Part shown: positions 43,101 through 54,755 of the stretch, piece by piece
How the letters are laid out: each line of letters begins with the position of its first letter
Position numbering within the stretch: the stretch's first letter is position 1
NCBI GenBank assembly: GCA_963749495.1
Contig: CAVVMW010000006.1
Coordinates: forward strand, 928,001-992,000
DNA: 64,000 bases
Reading direction: 5' to 3'
Origin: an uncultured bacterium
Lineage (GTDB): Bacteria; Verrucomicrobiota; Verrucomicrobiia; Limisphaerales; UBA8199
Translations under genes and position numbers: made by a program
Notes under the pieces: model-generated
What the model saw: only the letters and a program-made list of their open reading frames with translations
The model's database searches: none
What the model was told of the DNA's origin: nothing

Positions 43101-43763
43101 TCAGGCCGCCGCCGGAGAAACTCCCCCCGGCCGCGGCTCCAAATTCGTTATTTCGCGCACGTCGGCGGCCGCCCGGCTCAACGCGTCCCTGACTCTTGCC
43201 GGGAGGCCCGGCAGGTCGCCGTCTTTGTGCCAAGCCAGGGCCTTCACGGAAATGATCGGAGAGAATTGCTCGCCGTAAATCGCCCGCGCCGCGCCGAGCA
43301 TCTCCGCTGCCCGAACACCGTGCATGAGGAGCGCATAAATGTCGAGGTAGTCCTTGGCTTCCGAACGGCTCTGAATCACGGCCATTTTGCAGCCCGCAAT
43401 GTCCCGCAGCGAGGCCACACGCACAACCCCATCCTCGGTCATGTCCGGCTCGTCCACGCGGCGCAGCGACACGCCGAAGAAGGACAATTTCACAGGGGCG
43501 GGCCGGTGCACGACAACCGTGAGCGTGTTGGGCGCCATCTGCCGGACCACCGCGCCTTTGAGCAGCGGCAGTGCGTTCAGGAGTTGGTCCGGGACGACCG
43601 GCGCATCGGCGAAAAAATCGAAATCCTCGGATTGCCGGTGGCCCAGCCGCAATGCCAGCGCCGTGCCGCCGTACAACACAAACCGCGGCGGCACCTGCTG
43701 CAGTTCCGGCCACAGCGCGCGTTGGGCCTCGGGCAAGGCCGGCAGTGTCGGCGCTAGACTCAT
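43101..43763 (-). CDS. AbiEii/AbiGii-family nucleotidyltransferase toxin
   Basis: [25 protein letters not shown]...R...KDYLDI. Confidence 0.9.
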   Translation of the reverse strand: MSLAPTLPALPEAQRALWPELQQVPPRFVLYGGTALALRLGHRQSEDFDFFADAPVVPDQLLNALPLLKGAVVRQMAPNTLTVVVHRPAPVKLSFFGVSLRRVDEPDMTEDGVVRVASLRDIAGCKMAVIQSRSEAKDYLDIYALLMHGVRAAEMLGAARAIYGEQFSPIISVKALAWHKDGDLPGLPARVRDALSRAAADVREITNLEPRPGGVSPAAA

Positions 43764-43770
43764 GTTCTGT

Positions 43771-44046
43771 TTATGTCAAAGAACGGCGGGGCGCCTCGGC
43801 CTCCGGGAGGCCAAAAAAGGCCCGCCAATAGCCCCACGACCGCCCGTCAAAGACGCCTGCCTGGGCATTGAGCAAAGCATCTTTGAAGGCGTCCCAGCCA
43901 TAGACATCCTTGGCCAATTGCACCTCTTCCCAGGTGCCCAGCGTCATTACCTGCGCTAAAAAACGGCGCGGATTGGCCAGCGAAACCTCCGGCGCCTGCC
44001 ACCAGAAGAGTTCCTTGGCCACACGTTTCAATTCCTCGCTCGCCAT
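43771..44046 (-). CDS. Putative cognate antitoxin
   Basis: 91 aa, LFWW...RFLAQVMTLGTWEE...FDGRSWGYW; immediately upstream of the toxin. Confidence 0.75.
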   Translation of the reverse strand: MASEELKRVAKELFWWQAPEVSLANPRRFLAQVMTLGTWEEVQLAKDVYGWDAFKDALLNAQAGVFDGRSWGYWRAFFGLPEAEAPRRSLT

Positions 44047-44066
44047 GCGGAAGGTCCTCTGGTGCC

Positions 44067-46010
44067 TCAGCTCTTTTTCTCATCCACCACTTCGGCATCG
44101 ATGATCGGCCCCTCATCCTTGTTGGCGTCGGCCGTGGATTCACCGCCGCCGGGCTGGGCCTGGCCCGGGCCCTGGCTGCGGGCGGCGCGGGCCTTTTCGC
44201 CGGCGGCCTTGTACATCTCGGCGGAGACGGCCTGCCAGGCCTCGTTGAGCTTCTCGCTGGCGGAGCGGATGGCCGAGGCGTCGCCGCCCTTGAGGGCCTC
44301 TTTGACCTCGCTGATAGCGGCCTCCATCCGGCTCTTTTCAGCGCCGGAGATCTTGTCCCCGCTGTCCTTGAGGAACTTCTCGGAGCGATAGACGGCGTTG
44401 TCGGCCTCGTTGCGGGTCTCGATTTCCTCGCGCCGTTTGCGGTCATCCTCGGCGTGGGCCTCGGCGTCCTTGCGCATCTTCTCGATCTCGTCCTTGGCCA
44501 GGCCGCTGCTGGCGGTGATGGTGATCTTCTGCTCCTTGCCGGTGCCCAGGTCTTTGGCGCTGACGTGCAGGATGCCATTGGCGTCGATGTCGAAGGTGAC
44601 CTCGATCTGGGGCACGCCGCGCGGGGCGGGCGGGATATTGGTCAAATGGAACTTGCCGATGGTCTTGTTGTCCCGGGCCAACTGGCGCTCGCCTTGGAGG
44701 ACGTGGATCTCGACGCCGGGCTGGTTGTCGGAGGCGGTCGAGAAGATTTCGGATTTCCGGGTCGGGATCGTGGTGTTCCGCTCGATGAGCTTTGTGAAGA
44801 CCCCGCCCAGGGTCTCGATGCCCAGGGAGAGGGGTGTCACGTCCAGGAGCAGCACGTCCTTGACTTCGCCTTTGAGGACGCCGGCCTGGATGGCGGCGCC
44901 GACCGCGACGACCTCGTCCGGGTTGACCCCCTGGTGCGGGGGTTTGTTGACCAGGGTGCGGGCGGTGTCCACCACCTTGGGCATGCGGGTCATGCCGCCG
45001 ACCAGGACCAGCTCATCGATCTTGTCCGCAGTCGTGCCGGCATCGCGCAGACAATTGCGCACGGGCGTGATGGTCCGCTCGAAGAGGTCGTCGCACAATT
45101 GCTCCATTTTCGAGCGTGTCAGCTTCATGCTGATGTGCTTGGGCCCGCTGGCGTCCGCCGTGATAAAGGGGAGGTTGATCTCATAGACCTGGGAGCTGGA
45201 CAAGGCGATCTTGGCCTTCTCGGCCTCTTCCTTGATGCGTTGGAGGGCATCGGGTTGCTTGCGCAGGTCCATGCCGTTCTGGTGTCTGAACTCGTCGAGA
45301 ATCCAGTCCATGATCCGGCCGTCCCAGTCGTCGCCGCCCAGGTGCGTATCGCCGTTGGTGGCCTTGACTTCGAACACCCCGTCCCCAATCTCCAGCACCG
45401 AGATGTCGAACGTGCCGCCGCCCAGGTCGTACACTGCAATCTGCTCGTCCTTCTTCTTGTCCAGTCCGTAGGCGAGCGAGGCGGCTGTCGGCTCGTTGAT
45501 AATGCGCAGCACTTCCAGGCCCGCGATGCGTCCCGCGTCCTTGGTGGCTTGGCGTTGCGAGTCGTTGAAATAGGCCGGCACGGTGATGACCGCCTGGCTG
45601 ATCTTCTCGCCCAGGCGCATCTCGGCGTCTGCCTTGAGCTTGGCCAGGATCATCGCCGAAATCTCCGGGGGGCTGAACTGCTTGGGTTTGCCCTCCACCT
45701 CCACTTCCACGCAGGCATCCCCGTTGGACCCGGAAACCACCTTGTAGGGCACCCGCTTGCGTTCCTCCTCCACTTCGGAGTACTTCCGCCCCATGAAACG
45801 CTTGATTGAATAGACCGTATTCCTGGAGTTGGTGACCGCCTGGCGTTTTGCCGCGTCGCCGACCACGCGCTCGCCACTCTTGGTGAAAGCCACAACCGAC
45901 GGGGTCACCCGCCGGCCTTCGGAGTTTTCCAGCACTACCGGCTCGCCGCCCTCCATGACTGCCATGCAGGAGTTCGTTGTGCCTAAATCAATGCCAATTA
46001 CTTTTGCCAT
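44067..46010 (-). CDS. dnaK: Chaperone DnaK
   Basis: [36 protein letters not shown]. Confidence 0.99.
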   Translation of the reverse strand: MAKVIGIDLGTTNSCMAVMEGGEPVVLENSEGRRVTPSVVAFTKSGERVVGDAAKRQAVTNSRNTVYSIKRFMGRKYSEVEEERKRVPYKVVSGSNGDACVEVEVEGKPKQFSPPEISAMILAKLKADAEMRLGEKISQAVITVPAYFNDSQRQATKDAGRIAGLEVLRIINEPTAASLAYGLDKKKDEQIAVYDLGGGTFDISVLEIGDGVFEVKATNGDTHLGGDDWDGRIMDWILDEFRHQNGMDLRKQPDALQRIKEEAEKAKIALSSSQVYEINLPFITADASGPKHISMKLTRSKMEQLCDDLFERTITPVRNCLRDAGTTADKIDELVLVGGMTRMPKVVDTARTLVNKPPHQGVNPDEVVAVGAAIQAGVLKGEVKDVLLLDVTPLSLGIETLGGVFTKLIERNTTIPTRKSEIFSTASDNQPGVEIHVLQGERQLARDNKTIGKFHLTNIPPAPRGVPQIEVTFDIDANGILHVSAKDLGTGKEQKITITASSGLAKDEIEKMRKDAEAHAEDDRKRREEIETRNEADNAVYRSEKFLKDSGDKISGAEKSRMEAAISEVKEALKGGDASAIRSASEKLNEAWQAVSAEMYKAAGEKARAARSQGPGQAQPGGGESTADANKDEGPIIDAEVVDEKKS

Positions 46011-46051
46011 AAATGCTCCTGGATATGATCACCCAAATCAGAGTTTCTTTG

Positions 46052-46067
46052 AGCAATGGCGATGCCA
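46052..46067 (-). promoter_or_regulatory. Sigma54 promoter of dnaK
   Basis: Minus strand TGGCAT-CGCCA-TTGCT, ~40 nt upstream of the dnaK ATG. Confidence 0.78.
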
Positions 46068-46499
46068 TTGTGCAACAGGTGCAGGTGATGATGTGTAAGT
46101 GGCTTATAGCGTGTAACTTATAAGTTTGTTCCCATTCCATTCCACGTCCGGAAAGGTGTGACATATGTGACGTTTTGGCGCAGTTCGCGGACTCATGGCG
46201 AGCCAGACTGGCACAGGCGAATGACGAATGACGAATGACGAATGACGAATGACGCGTGCAGAATGGCGCCCGTTCTGAGCGCTTTGTTATTGGGTGCCAT
46301 AGCGGTAAGGCAGATGCCGTTCTCAAAGGGGCTGCCTCCCGATGAACCACCAGAATTGTCCGGTGTGGTTCGTTGACATGGAACCGCGTCCCACGGCCGG
46401 TTATGGCATTTGTTTAGGTGGATTCGAGAAAATGCGTTTGGGCGAAGATTTTTGAAAGATCCGGGGATCCGCTTACGTACTGTACTGCAAGGACACTGA

Positions 46500-47504
46500 T
46501 TGTCCAGGAAGGGAATCACCGGTGGTTTCAGAATGTTGGCATCGGGTTCAAACGACAAGAACGATCGCTTGCTGCCTTGCGGGACTGGCGGCCGGGGTTC
46601 CGCAGAGGGCGGTGGTGAGGAGGTGTGCAACTCCAAGGTGTGCCGCGAGTTGGTCAACCGGAAGGTGAACCCCTGGACTCTGGCGCTCTTCCGGCACCTC
46701 ACGGGAATCCCCTTGCACGTGACCTGGCACGTTCCGGGGGACTTTGATGCCCCGTCAAGGCCGCCCGCGTTGTGTCCAACCGCACGCCGCAGGCATGCCA
46801 AGCACGGCCGCACGCAGAGCCGCTGCACGGAATGCCTGCGGCGGAACTGGCGACTCAGATCGCTGGACGGAACGCCGAGGCGGTTTCGGGGCCGGTGCGG
46901 CGCCAGTTGCTGCTGCGCCGGCGTTGCTGCCGGTGAAATGCTCGCGGTTACGCTGGTCTTGCAGGCGCGGGGCGGTGGGCGTCGCTTTGACCGGGCGTGC
47001 GCGCTATTGCGGCTATGGCTGCGCGATCTGCAAAGCGCTATGGATGCAGAGAGACTGCGCCGCCAACTGAGGCACACGGAGCGGCGACTGCGCAACCAGG
47101 CGGCAGAGACGAGTCGGCTGCGCTGTGAACTGCACCGCCGGGCGCCTGCGCTCGAAGGAGCGCAAGCAGAGGCCCCGTCCGCCACGCACAGCGCGCAGAT
47201 CGTGCGGGCGATGCTGGGGTACATTCACCAGCACGATCGGCATCCCATGAGCCTCGGCAACGCCGCGGCAGCCCTGAATATGAATGCCGCTTACCTCTGC
47301 GCGCTCTTTTCCTCGGCGAGTGGCCTCACAGTCCACACTTACCTCGACGAGCTGCGGTTGGCTGAGGCGAAGCGCTTGCTCCGAGACCCCAGGGGCCGCG
47401 TCTGCGAGGTTGCCGCCAGCGTGGGCTACAGCAGCGAGGGCTCTTTCTGGCGGGCCTTCAAGGCCCACACCGGTCTCTCGCCGCGCGAGTGGCGGGAGTC
47501 CTGA
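46500..47504 (+). CDS. AraC-family regulator with Cys-rich PocR-like N-terminal domain (start uncertain)
   Basis: LFRHLTGIPL...LC...C.EC; C-terminal LRLAEAKRLL...EVAASVGYSSEGSFWRAFKAHTGLSPREWR. Confidence 0.85.
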   Translation: MSRKGITGGFRMLASGSNDKNDRLLPCGTGGRGSAEGGGEEVCNSKVCRELVNRKVNPWTLALFRHLTGIPLHVTWHVPGDFDAPSRPPALCPTARRRHAKHGRTQSRCTECLRRNWRLRSLDGTPRRFRGRCGASCCCAGVAAGEMLAVTLVLQARGGGRRFDRACALLRLWLRDLQSAMDAERLRRQLRHTERRLRNQAAETSRLRCELHRRAPALEGAQAEAPSATHSAQIVRAMLGYIHQHDRHPMSLGNAAAALNMNAAYLCALFSSASGLTVHTYLDELRLAEAKRLLRDPRGRVCEVAASVGYSSEGSFWRAFKAHTGLSPREWRES

Positions 47505-47822
47505 CCGGCTCGGCTGTTCGGCGCGGAGCGCCGCTTCTGGGGCGGTGGGCGAAACCTGTCCTTGCTCTACCGACGCAGAAATCCATCTCCGATCCCGGGT
47601 CCAGCCCTGCCGTTCCAAAGAAGTGTGAGATATTCCAAAGTCTTGCCTATTGCGCAATGGCGCGGCTCATGGTGAGGTCAATCTGCAGGTTGTGCCTTCG
47701 CTCGGGGCACCGTGCAGTGCGGCAGGCGGAGCACGGTCTTTAGGCCCACGCCGAGGGGCAGCGGGTCAGGCCACGGGAGCCGGGGCACGGCAATCTCAGT
47801 CGGAGAAAGGCAGCAACGGTTT

Positions 47823-50800
47823 ATGAGAAGCACATTCCGTTTAGCGGTGTTCAGTGGCGTGCTCGTCAGCAGCGCGCTCTTAGTTTCCCGGTCGCTTGCC
47901 CAGCAGGGATCCGGCGGCGCGAACGCCATTGCCTGGTCGCACAGTGCCATCGGGCGCGTGGCGCAGCCAGGCTCGTTCAGTCAAACGGGGACTGCGCTGG
48001 CTATTGCCGGGAGTGGTGCGGACATTTGGGGTTCGGCCGACGCGTGCCAATATGCGAGTGTCCCTTGGGAGGGGGACCTGGAAATTGTCGCAACGGTGCT
48101 GAGCCTCGACAAGCCGGACCCCTGGGCCAAGGCCGGACTGATGCTGCGCAACACCCTCGACGACGTCTCTCCGCAGGTGATGCTGGCGATAACGCCGGAA
48201 AAAGGCGTCACGCTCATTCGACGAAGCAGCATCGGTGGCCCCAGCGAGGACGACGCGTACCAGTCGATGCGCTTGGTGGGTGTCGGGGGTACACAGACCT
48301 ACCAACAGCGCGGGTCGGGGGGTGTTGACGCGGCCACGGGCTCAATTGCCGGGGCGGCTTTCCCGCATTGGCTGAAGCTCATCAAGCAGGGAGCAGTCGT
48401 GAGAGCCTACCATTCCGCTGATGGCCAGCAATGGGTTTGGCTGGGCACCCTCCAACACGACTTCGGCAAGCAGTTCTACGTCGGCTTGGCTGTCACCAGC
48501 CACGATGACACCCAAATCTGCCGGGCGCGGCTCTCGGGCATCCAGTTCTCGACCCCCTCGGGGTCCCCGGCGGCGGCGGCCGTCCAGGGCGCCGGCGATG
48601 GGCTGGTGGGCAGCTGTTTCTCGACCCGAGACCAGAGCGGCGCCCCCACCTGCTGAGTCGATCCGGTTGTTCTCTTCGATTGGGGGCTGGCCGCGCCCAT
48701 GCCCGGTGTCGGCCCGTATTGGTGGAGCGCCCGGTGGGACGGGGAGCTGCAGGCCCAATATAGCGAGCCTTATGCCCTGCAGGTCGTCAGCGACGACCGG
48801 GCAAGGGTTTGGCTGGACGGGACACTGCTCATCGATGAGTGGTATGATCACGCTGCGTCAGTATCCAGCGCCATGGTCAACCTCGAGGCAGGAAAGCATT
48901 ACGCGCTTCGTGTGGACTATTTCCAGAATCGGGGCGGTGCGACGCTGAAACTGCTGTGGAGCAGTCCCTCGACACCCCAGCAGATCATCCCGCAGAGCCA
49001 GCTCTATTCCAAGACCAGCGTCATGTCTCCGCAGGACCTTCAACAGATGTATCAAGCCGAACTGGCGCCGCAACCCGGCGCGGCCAGCAGCGAGGCGTGC
49101 CCGCCGGGTTGGTCGCGCGCCGACGTTGGGCTGGTCGGGGTGGAAGGCCAGGTGCAGGTCTCAAACGGCTCCTGGGCTGTGAGCGGGGCTGGGGCTGACA
49201 TTTGGGCAAACGAGGACGGTTGCTGCTTTGTTTTCCAGCCGCTGAGTGGCGATGGGCAGATCACCGCCCGCGTCCTTAGCCAGCAGGATACCGATCCGTG
49301 GGCCAAGGCCGGGATCATGATTCGTGAAGGGCTTGGGGCGGACGCCCGCCACCTCATGCTGGCTGTGACACCAGAGCAGGGACTCGGCTGCCTGTACCGC
49401 CCGGAGCCGGCTGCTGAGACGACGTTGGACGATGGCGGGGCCTTCTCCGGCCCGCTTTGGCTGCGGCTGGTGCGGAGCTGCAGTCAAATAAGCGCATTCC
49501 AGTCCAGCGACGGCACGAATTGGGTGTGGGTAGCAAGCGAGGAGTTCGATTGGGTCAGCAATGCCCTCGTTGGTCTCGCCGTGAGCAGCCATGACAATTC
49601 CACTCCAGGAACCGCCACGTTCGATCAAGTGGCGGTCGAGCCGGTGGCCTCAGGCCCAGGCGCGCAGCCCGAATTGGGGACCGGAAACGGCCTTAACGCA
49701 ACGTATTTTGACGGCAGTACCGGCGCCATCGTCAGCCGGATCGACCCACAAGTCAATTTCGACTGGGATTTCGGGTCGCCCGCCCAGGGAATTGGACCGG
49801 AGAACTTCAGCGCCGGGTGGAGCGGTTGGATCGAGGCGCAGTACGACGAGATCTACGCGCTGCACATCCTCAGCGACGACGGGGCCAGGCTGTGGCTCGA
49901 TGACCAGCTTCTGATCGATGCGTGGACAGACAGGGCGGCCCAGCAGAGCTCCGCGAGAGTCTCATTGAGTCCAGGCGTGAAGCGCGCCTTGCGCGTCGAG
50001 TACTACCAGCGCTCGCGCGAGGCGATTGCCAAGCTGCTCTGGAGCAGCCCCTCGACCCCGAAGCAACCGGTCCCTTCGACGCAACTCTACGCCGACTTGG
50101 CCTTGGCCGCCCCAGGGGGCGCAGGCGGCCAGGGCGGCACGGCGGCTGCGGCTCTCGCCGCCGGGTTGCCTGTGGCGAGCGCCGCAGGGGGATCGGCGCA
50201 GAGTGCCGGCGGCGGTCCGACCAACGGAGCAGTTCCGGCGAACACTTACACCTCGATCGTGAACGTCCTCGAAATCCCTGGTGCTGAGGCCACGGCAACA
50301 CTGGGCCGCTGGAAACAGGAGGGCAAGGGGCTGTACGCCGTGGACCGCCGTGGCTATGTCGAATACGCCCTCATCGCCCCGGCGGCGGACATGTACCGCC
50401 TCGAAATCGAGGGCGCTTCGCATAACCCGGATGACATCGATCCCGGTTTCTGGTTGGCTATTGCGATGGACGGGGAGCTACTGGAGAACCTCTTGCTCGA
50501 CGTTCCCCCGCACCAAACGGCGACAGTCCATACCTTGACCCCGTTCACCAAGCCGGGGCTACATCGGGTCCGCATAGCCTGGGACAATGCCCGCAAGGGC
50601 CGGTCCCTGGAGTTGCTCGCCGTCCGCCTGCAGAGCCTGCAGGGACCCAGCTCCGGCGGGGACGGGCTGAAGGACTGGGTTGTCGCGCAACTCAAGTCGG
50701 CCTGCGGCGTCGAGACAGCAGAGATTTCCCCCGGAAGGCTGCAGGGCGCCACCTCTCCGATGTGCGTCGAGGGCCGGGGGCGCTTCCTGAGCATGATGGA

Positions 50801-51719
50801 GATCCGCACGGGCACGGGTCTGGCCGCGGCCCAGCCCGGGGCCGGGGATCGCTGGTTTGCCGACGTGCCACTCCTGGCGGACAAGCTGGCCTCGATCAAG
50901 ATCGCCTACCAGAACGGCGGCCTCCAGGAGCGCTGGCAGGCCGAATGGATTGCGACAGACGTGCTGGCCGGCGGCAACATTACAATTCGCCGGGGCGATT
51001 CGTTGTTGCTCGCCCTGGGGGCCGACCGGCAGCCTGGCCGCATGGAGGTGCACGGGGTGACCAATTACACCCTCGCTGGCGGGCAAGCGGCTTGCCACCA
51101 CTTTGAAAAGGCCGGCACCTTCACGATTGCGGTCGCCTCCGGGAGCAGCAAGCTGGCCGCCAGCCGCCCCGGGTTGACGGTGCGCGTGGTCCACGCGGGC
51201 CTGGGCGGCCCGGTCGCGGCCTGGGTTGGAAAACCGAGGACTTGGGCTTGTCCGAGCCTGCCCCAGGGCGTCGTTTTGGACGCGGCCCCGCTGCTCAACC
51301 TTCAGGCGAGCAGGCCGGGCGGCTACCAGATCTGCGCGCTCACCAGCGGCGTGCAGTGCGTGCTGGCGCGGCTGGGGACAAATGGGCCGGTGCTGGCCCA
51401 ACTCCCGGTCCAGGGATTCCAGATCTATTCAGCCGATCAGACCGATTTCGAGGTGACGAAAACCTACGCCGACGGAACGGATCTCATCGAGATGGGTCTC
51501 GTGGCGAGCCCGGCTCTCCCGGAAGTCCAGGTGCAGGTGGCCCTTGTCGTGGGCGGTGTGGTTTTCGACGACGGCACGGTCGTCAAGCGATTGGCGGCGC
51601 GCGACTTCGATGCCCTGGGCCAGTACACTGTCCGCTTCCTGCGGCCCGGGACCTCGAAGACGTCAACCTGCCACACGCTCAAGGGCTTCCAGGGCACGAT
51701 CTTCCTTGGCCAGCGTTAG
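47823..51719 (+). CDS. Large secreted protein with two (beta-sandwich + PA14) modules and an unknown C-terminal half (frameshift ~48650)
   Basis: Signal peptide; 2x GSGADIW...WAKAG.M.R...VGLAV.SH; 2x PA14 (SARWDG..SDD.ARLWLD..L.WSSPSTP). Confidence 0.85.
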
Positions 51720-51750
51720 CCAGGGGGGCAACCGGCAACCCCTCGCTGTT

Positions 51751-52719
51751 ATGAAAGCGAAATTGTTCATGGGCCTGGCTCTGGGCGCTGTGGCACTGGC
51801 GGCCCTCGCACTGTGGGCGTTGCGCCGCCCCGCCAGCACGGACCCTTCGCCGGGGAATGCTTCCCGCTCCGCCCGCCTTGTAGCGCAGAGCAGCCGCGTG
51901 GTCCCGGCGCGAGCAGGAGCAGCCGTCCCCGCAGCGAGCATATTCTCGGCCAGGGAGTTGCGCGACGACAACATCTACCGGCAGGTTGACGGCTTGAGGC
52001 GGCGCGGCAAATCGCTGACCGCCGGCGAATGCAAGGGGCTTTACCAATTTCTGAAGGAGCCATTCCTCAATATCCCTCCCCACCGCCTTGCGGGCATCGA
52101 GAATGAAGTCCTGCACATCCTGCGGGGCCAGGCCAACCTGGCCGCCCCCTGGGACCGCATGCTCGCGGACCTTGTGGCGGACAAGAGCGTTCCCCACGTT
52201 GTCCGGGACTACGGGCTCCAGCACCTCTTCAATGTGTACGAACAACTCCGTCGCGAGCAACCCGGCGCGGCGGGGGCCGACGATTTCGACCGGATGGAGA
52301 GGGTTTTTTGGAGCGCCACCAGCGAGACCGAGTCGGAGATGGCCGGGACTGCTCTCCTTGGCCTCTCTTCCCTTCTGAGCGACGGGATGACGTCGAACTA
52401 CACGGCCTCCGACGTCGCCTCCGCGGCCCTGGGCGTGCTGGGCGCCGGGGAGGCCACCCAACTTAGCCGGCTTACCGGCCTGCAGGTCTGCGCCCGGCTC
52501 GGGGTCCGGGAGGCCCTGCCGGCCGCTACCCAGCTCGCTTCCGCCCCAAGGCCGATCCCGGTCCGCTGCTCGGCCATCGCTGCCGTGGGCGAACTGGGAG
52601 GAGAGCCCGAACTCGCCTTGTTGAACGGCCTGGCCGGCGAGTCCGACCCCGCCATCGCGGTTGCCGTGAACCAGGCTGTCCACCACTTAACCACCCGAAT
52701 TCGAAGCTCGCATTTATGA
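51751..52719 (+). CDS. Membrane-anchored HEAT-repeat-like protein
   Basis: N-terminal TM segment; VVRDYGLQHL, GTALLGL, VRCSAIAAVGELG. Confidence 0.7.
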   Translation: MKAKLFMGLALGAVALAALALWALRRPASTDPSPGNASRSARLVAQSSRVVPARAGAAVPAASIFSARELRDDNIYRQVDGLRRRGKSLTAGECKGLYQFLKEPFLNIPPHRLAGIENEVLHILRGQANLAAPWDRMLADLVADKSVPHVVRDYGLQHLFNVYEQLRREQPGAAGADDFDRMERVFWSATSETESEMAGTALLGLSSLLSDGMTSNYTASDVASAALGVLGAGEATQLSRLTGLQVCARLGVREALPAATQLASAPRPIPVRCSAIAAVGELGGEPELALLNGLAGESDPAIAVAVNQAVHHLTTRIRSSHL

Positions 52720-54003
52720 GGAACTACAAGTATCTTTGGGCCATTATGTCTGCCGGATCAGTATGGCTATCATCGTCCGCCTTGGCGCAGCAAAACCGAT
52801 GCACGCCGGCATGGACATGGGAGTGGGATCCGGCACCGTCAGCCTCGCAGATGACCATTGTGTCGGCCACGCCAGCACCGCCGTACTACACCAACCAACC
52901 GATCACGATCACCGCCTCTGGCCCGAACTGGACCCCGGCAAGTCAGGACGAGTACGACGCTAACGAGTGCGTGCAATACCACACGAACCAAACGCCGGTT
53001 GGCTCTTCCATCACTAACTGGTGGGCGTTTCGCTACTCCAACGTGCCAATCGAGCCCCATTTCGGGTTCGGGCCTGTCGGCCACTTTTTCTGCCACGGAC
53101 GCATATGCCAACGCCCAATTGAACTTCTATTCCAGCAACTACACCGCCGCCCATGGCCTCCAGTTTAGCGACACGAGGAGCGTCTCGACGTACATCACCG
53201 CGTACAAATTCGTCCATGAGACGGAGGAACTGTGCCCAGACGACCCGGCCACCCGAAGGGACATCGGAGCTGGAGAGGTTGTCAACCTTTCGATCCAGCC
53301 CGGCCCAACGAGCACTACGTGGAAGCTTTCGGGCGACACTAACGTCGGGGAAATCCAAGACACGAGCAGTAGCGAAAACCAGTTCAGCGCGTTCCAAACA
53401 GCAGGCACGGCAATCATCACGGCGACGACGTCCGACCGCGCGGAATTCAGTGTTTCCCTTAAGGTGTGGACGCCCCAGGGGCTGGTGTTCGAGGGCGACA
53501 GCACGAAGGGGCTGCAGGGAAGTGTTCCGGGCATTAACTTCGGGTGGCAATATTACGTCTCCTTTTCAGCGTTCGTTTACGTGTACCCAGATTTCGTCAA
53601 CTTCAATAACCTGATTCTGCAAGAGGGAGGTTGCAACACCGTAACGACAGGCTTTGCCACAAACAAGACTTGGCTGAACCACACTGCCGATGGCCCATGG
53701 TATCCGGCAGGTGTGTGCCCCATACCCGGCGAGGGCACTCTCCTAGCCAACGAGGATGGCATCGCGCAGGACACTCAGTCCCAGCCGTACGTTCCTAATT
53801 GGGGCAGCACCGTGTGGCCGATTCCTTGGTTTTGGACCATCGGGGGCAGTTGGCCGGAGGTGGAATTCCCGGACCTAGTCGATGAGGAGGGGGTTATGAC
53901 AACGACGAGCGGGGTGACGACTTGGACCGTCAGCAAGAACCACCAGGTTACTGCGGCCATCAGCGACACATCAGGCGGGCCCTATTGGGTGCAAATGCAA
54001 TGA
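52716..54003 (+). CDS. Secreted Thr/Trp-rich hypothetical protein (frameshift ~53060)
   Basis: Signal peptide; ATGA overlap with the upstream gene; RRDIGAGEVVNL motif; lower GC. Confidence 0.65.
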
Positions 54004-54626
54004 AACATCAAGCACAAATGAAAGCGATCATCGTTCTATCTTTGCTGACTGCGTGCGCCAGCGCAATGTACGGGCAACCGACAAATGACGTTGCCATCTA
54101 TACCACGCTTGGCGACCGGGGATCCGAGCTTAAAAAGCACCTGGACTCCTATGACGCGACCAAGGACTATAGGGAGCTCGAGTGGGTGGCCACCCCTCCC
54201 CCGGTTGCCACCACGACCAACCGGTGGACACTGGACGCGAAATTGTTCCTCGACATTGAACTGCTCAGTCGTAGTCTCGCTGGTATTGACAATACATTCG
54301 ACGAGACGAAGGTCACGATCTACGGGAACTCGGCGAGACCCCCGACCGACGCAGCCGAGCGGCAAAAGTACGACCAGTGGTGGGCGGAGAACCAGAGGCT
54401 CAGGGCGCGAGCCAACAACAACCTAGCGCTGAAGAGAATAGCGAGGAAGAGCCAGCACCAACTGGGCTTCTTCCTAGAAGGGATGGCGCGGCGCGGTGAA
54501 TTCGAGCGCCTTGGGGTGCTAACTAATGCCATCGCCGTCAAGATCAGGGACCCCGAAACGCGAGACCAACTGCTGAGGGGTGTTGAAGCGGCGGCCAAGA
54601 AGCCTTGGCGTGCGGCACCCAAATAG
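54000..54626 (+). CDS. Secreted helical hypothetical protein
   Basis: ATGA overlap; signal peptide MKAIIVLSLLTACASAMYG. Confidence 0.65.
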   Translation: MKHQAQMKAIIVLSLLTACASAMYGQPTNDVAIYTTLGDRGSELKKHLDSYDATKDYRELEWVATPPPVATTTNRWTLDAKLFLDIELLSRSLAGIDNTFDETKVTIYGNSARPPTDAAERQKYDQWWAENQRLRARANNNLALKRIARKSQHQLGFFLEGMARRGEFERLGVLTNAIAVKIRDPETRDQLLRGVEAAAKKPWRAAPK

Positions 54627-54755
54627 GCCGGACTCGAAGGCGTGCGGGTCTCCTCGCTAAGCAAGAGGGGGCTGCGTGATGGCGGCGGCTTCACGGGCCA
54701 ACTCAGAAGGTGTCGTCAGCGGGACCGTGAGGGGAGCCCAGTCCGGATCATCGGT

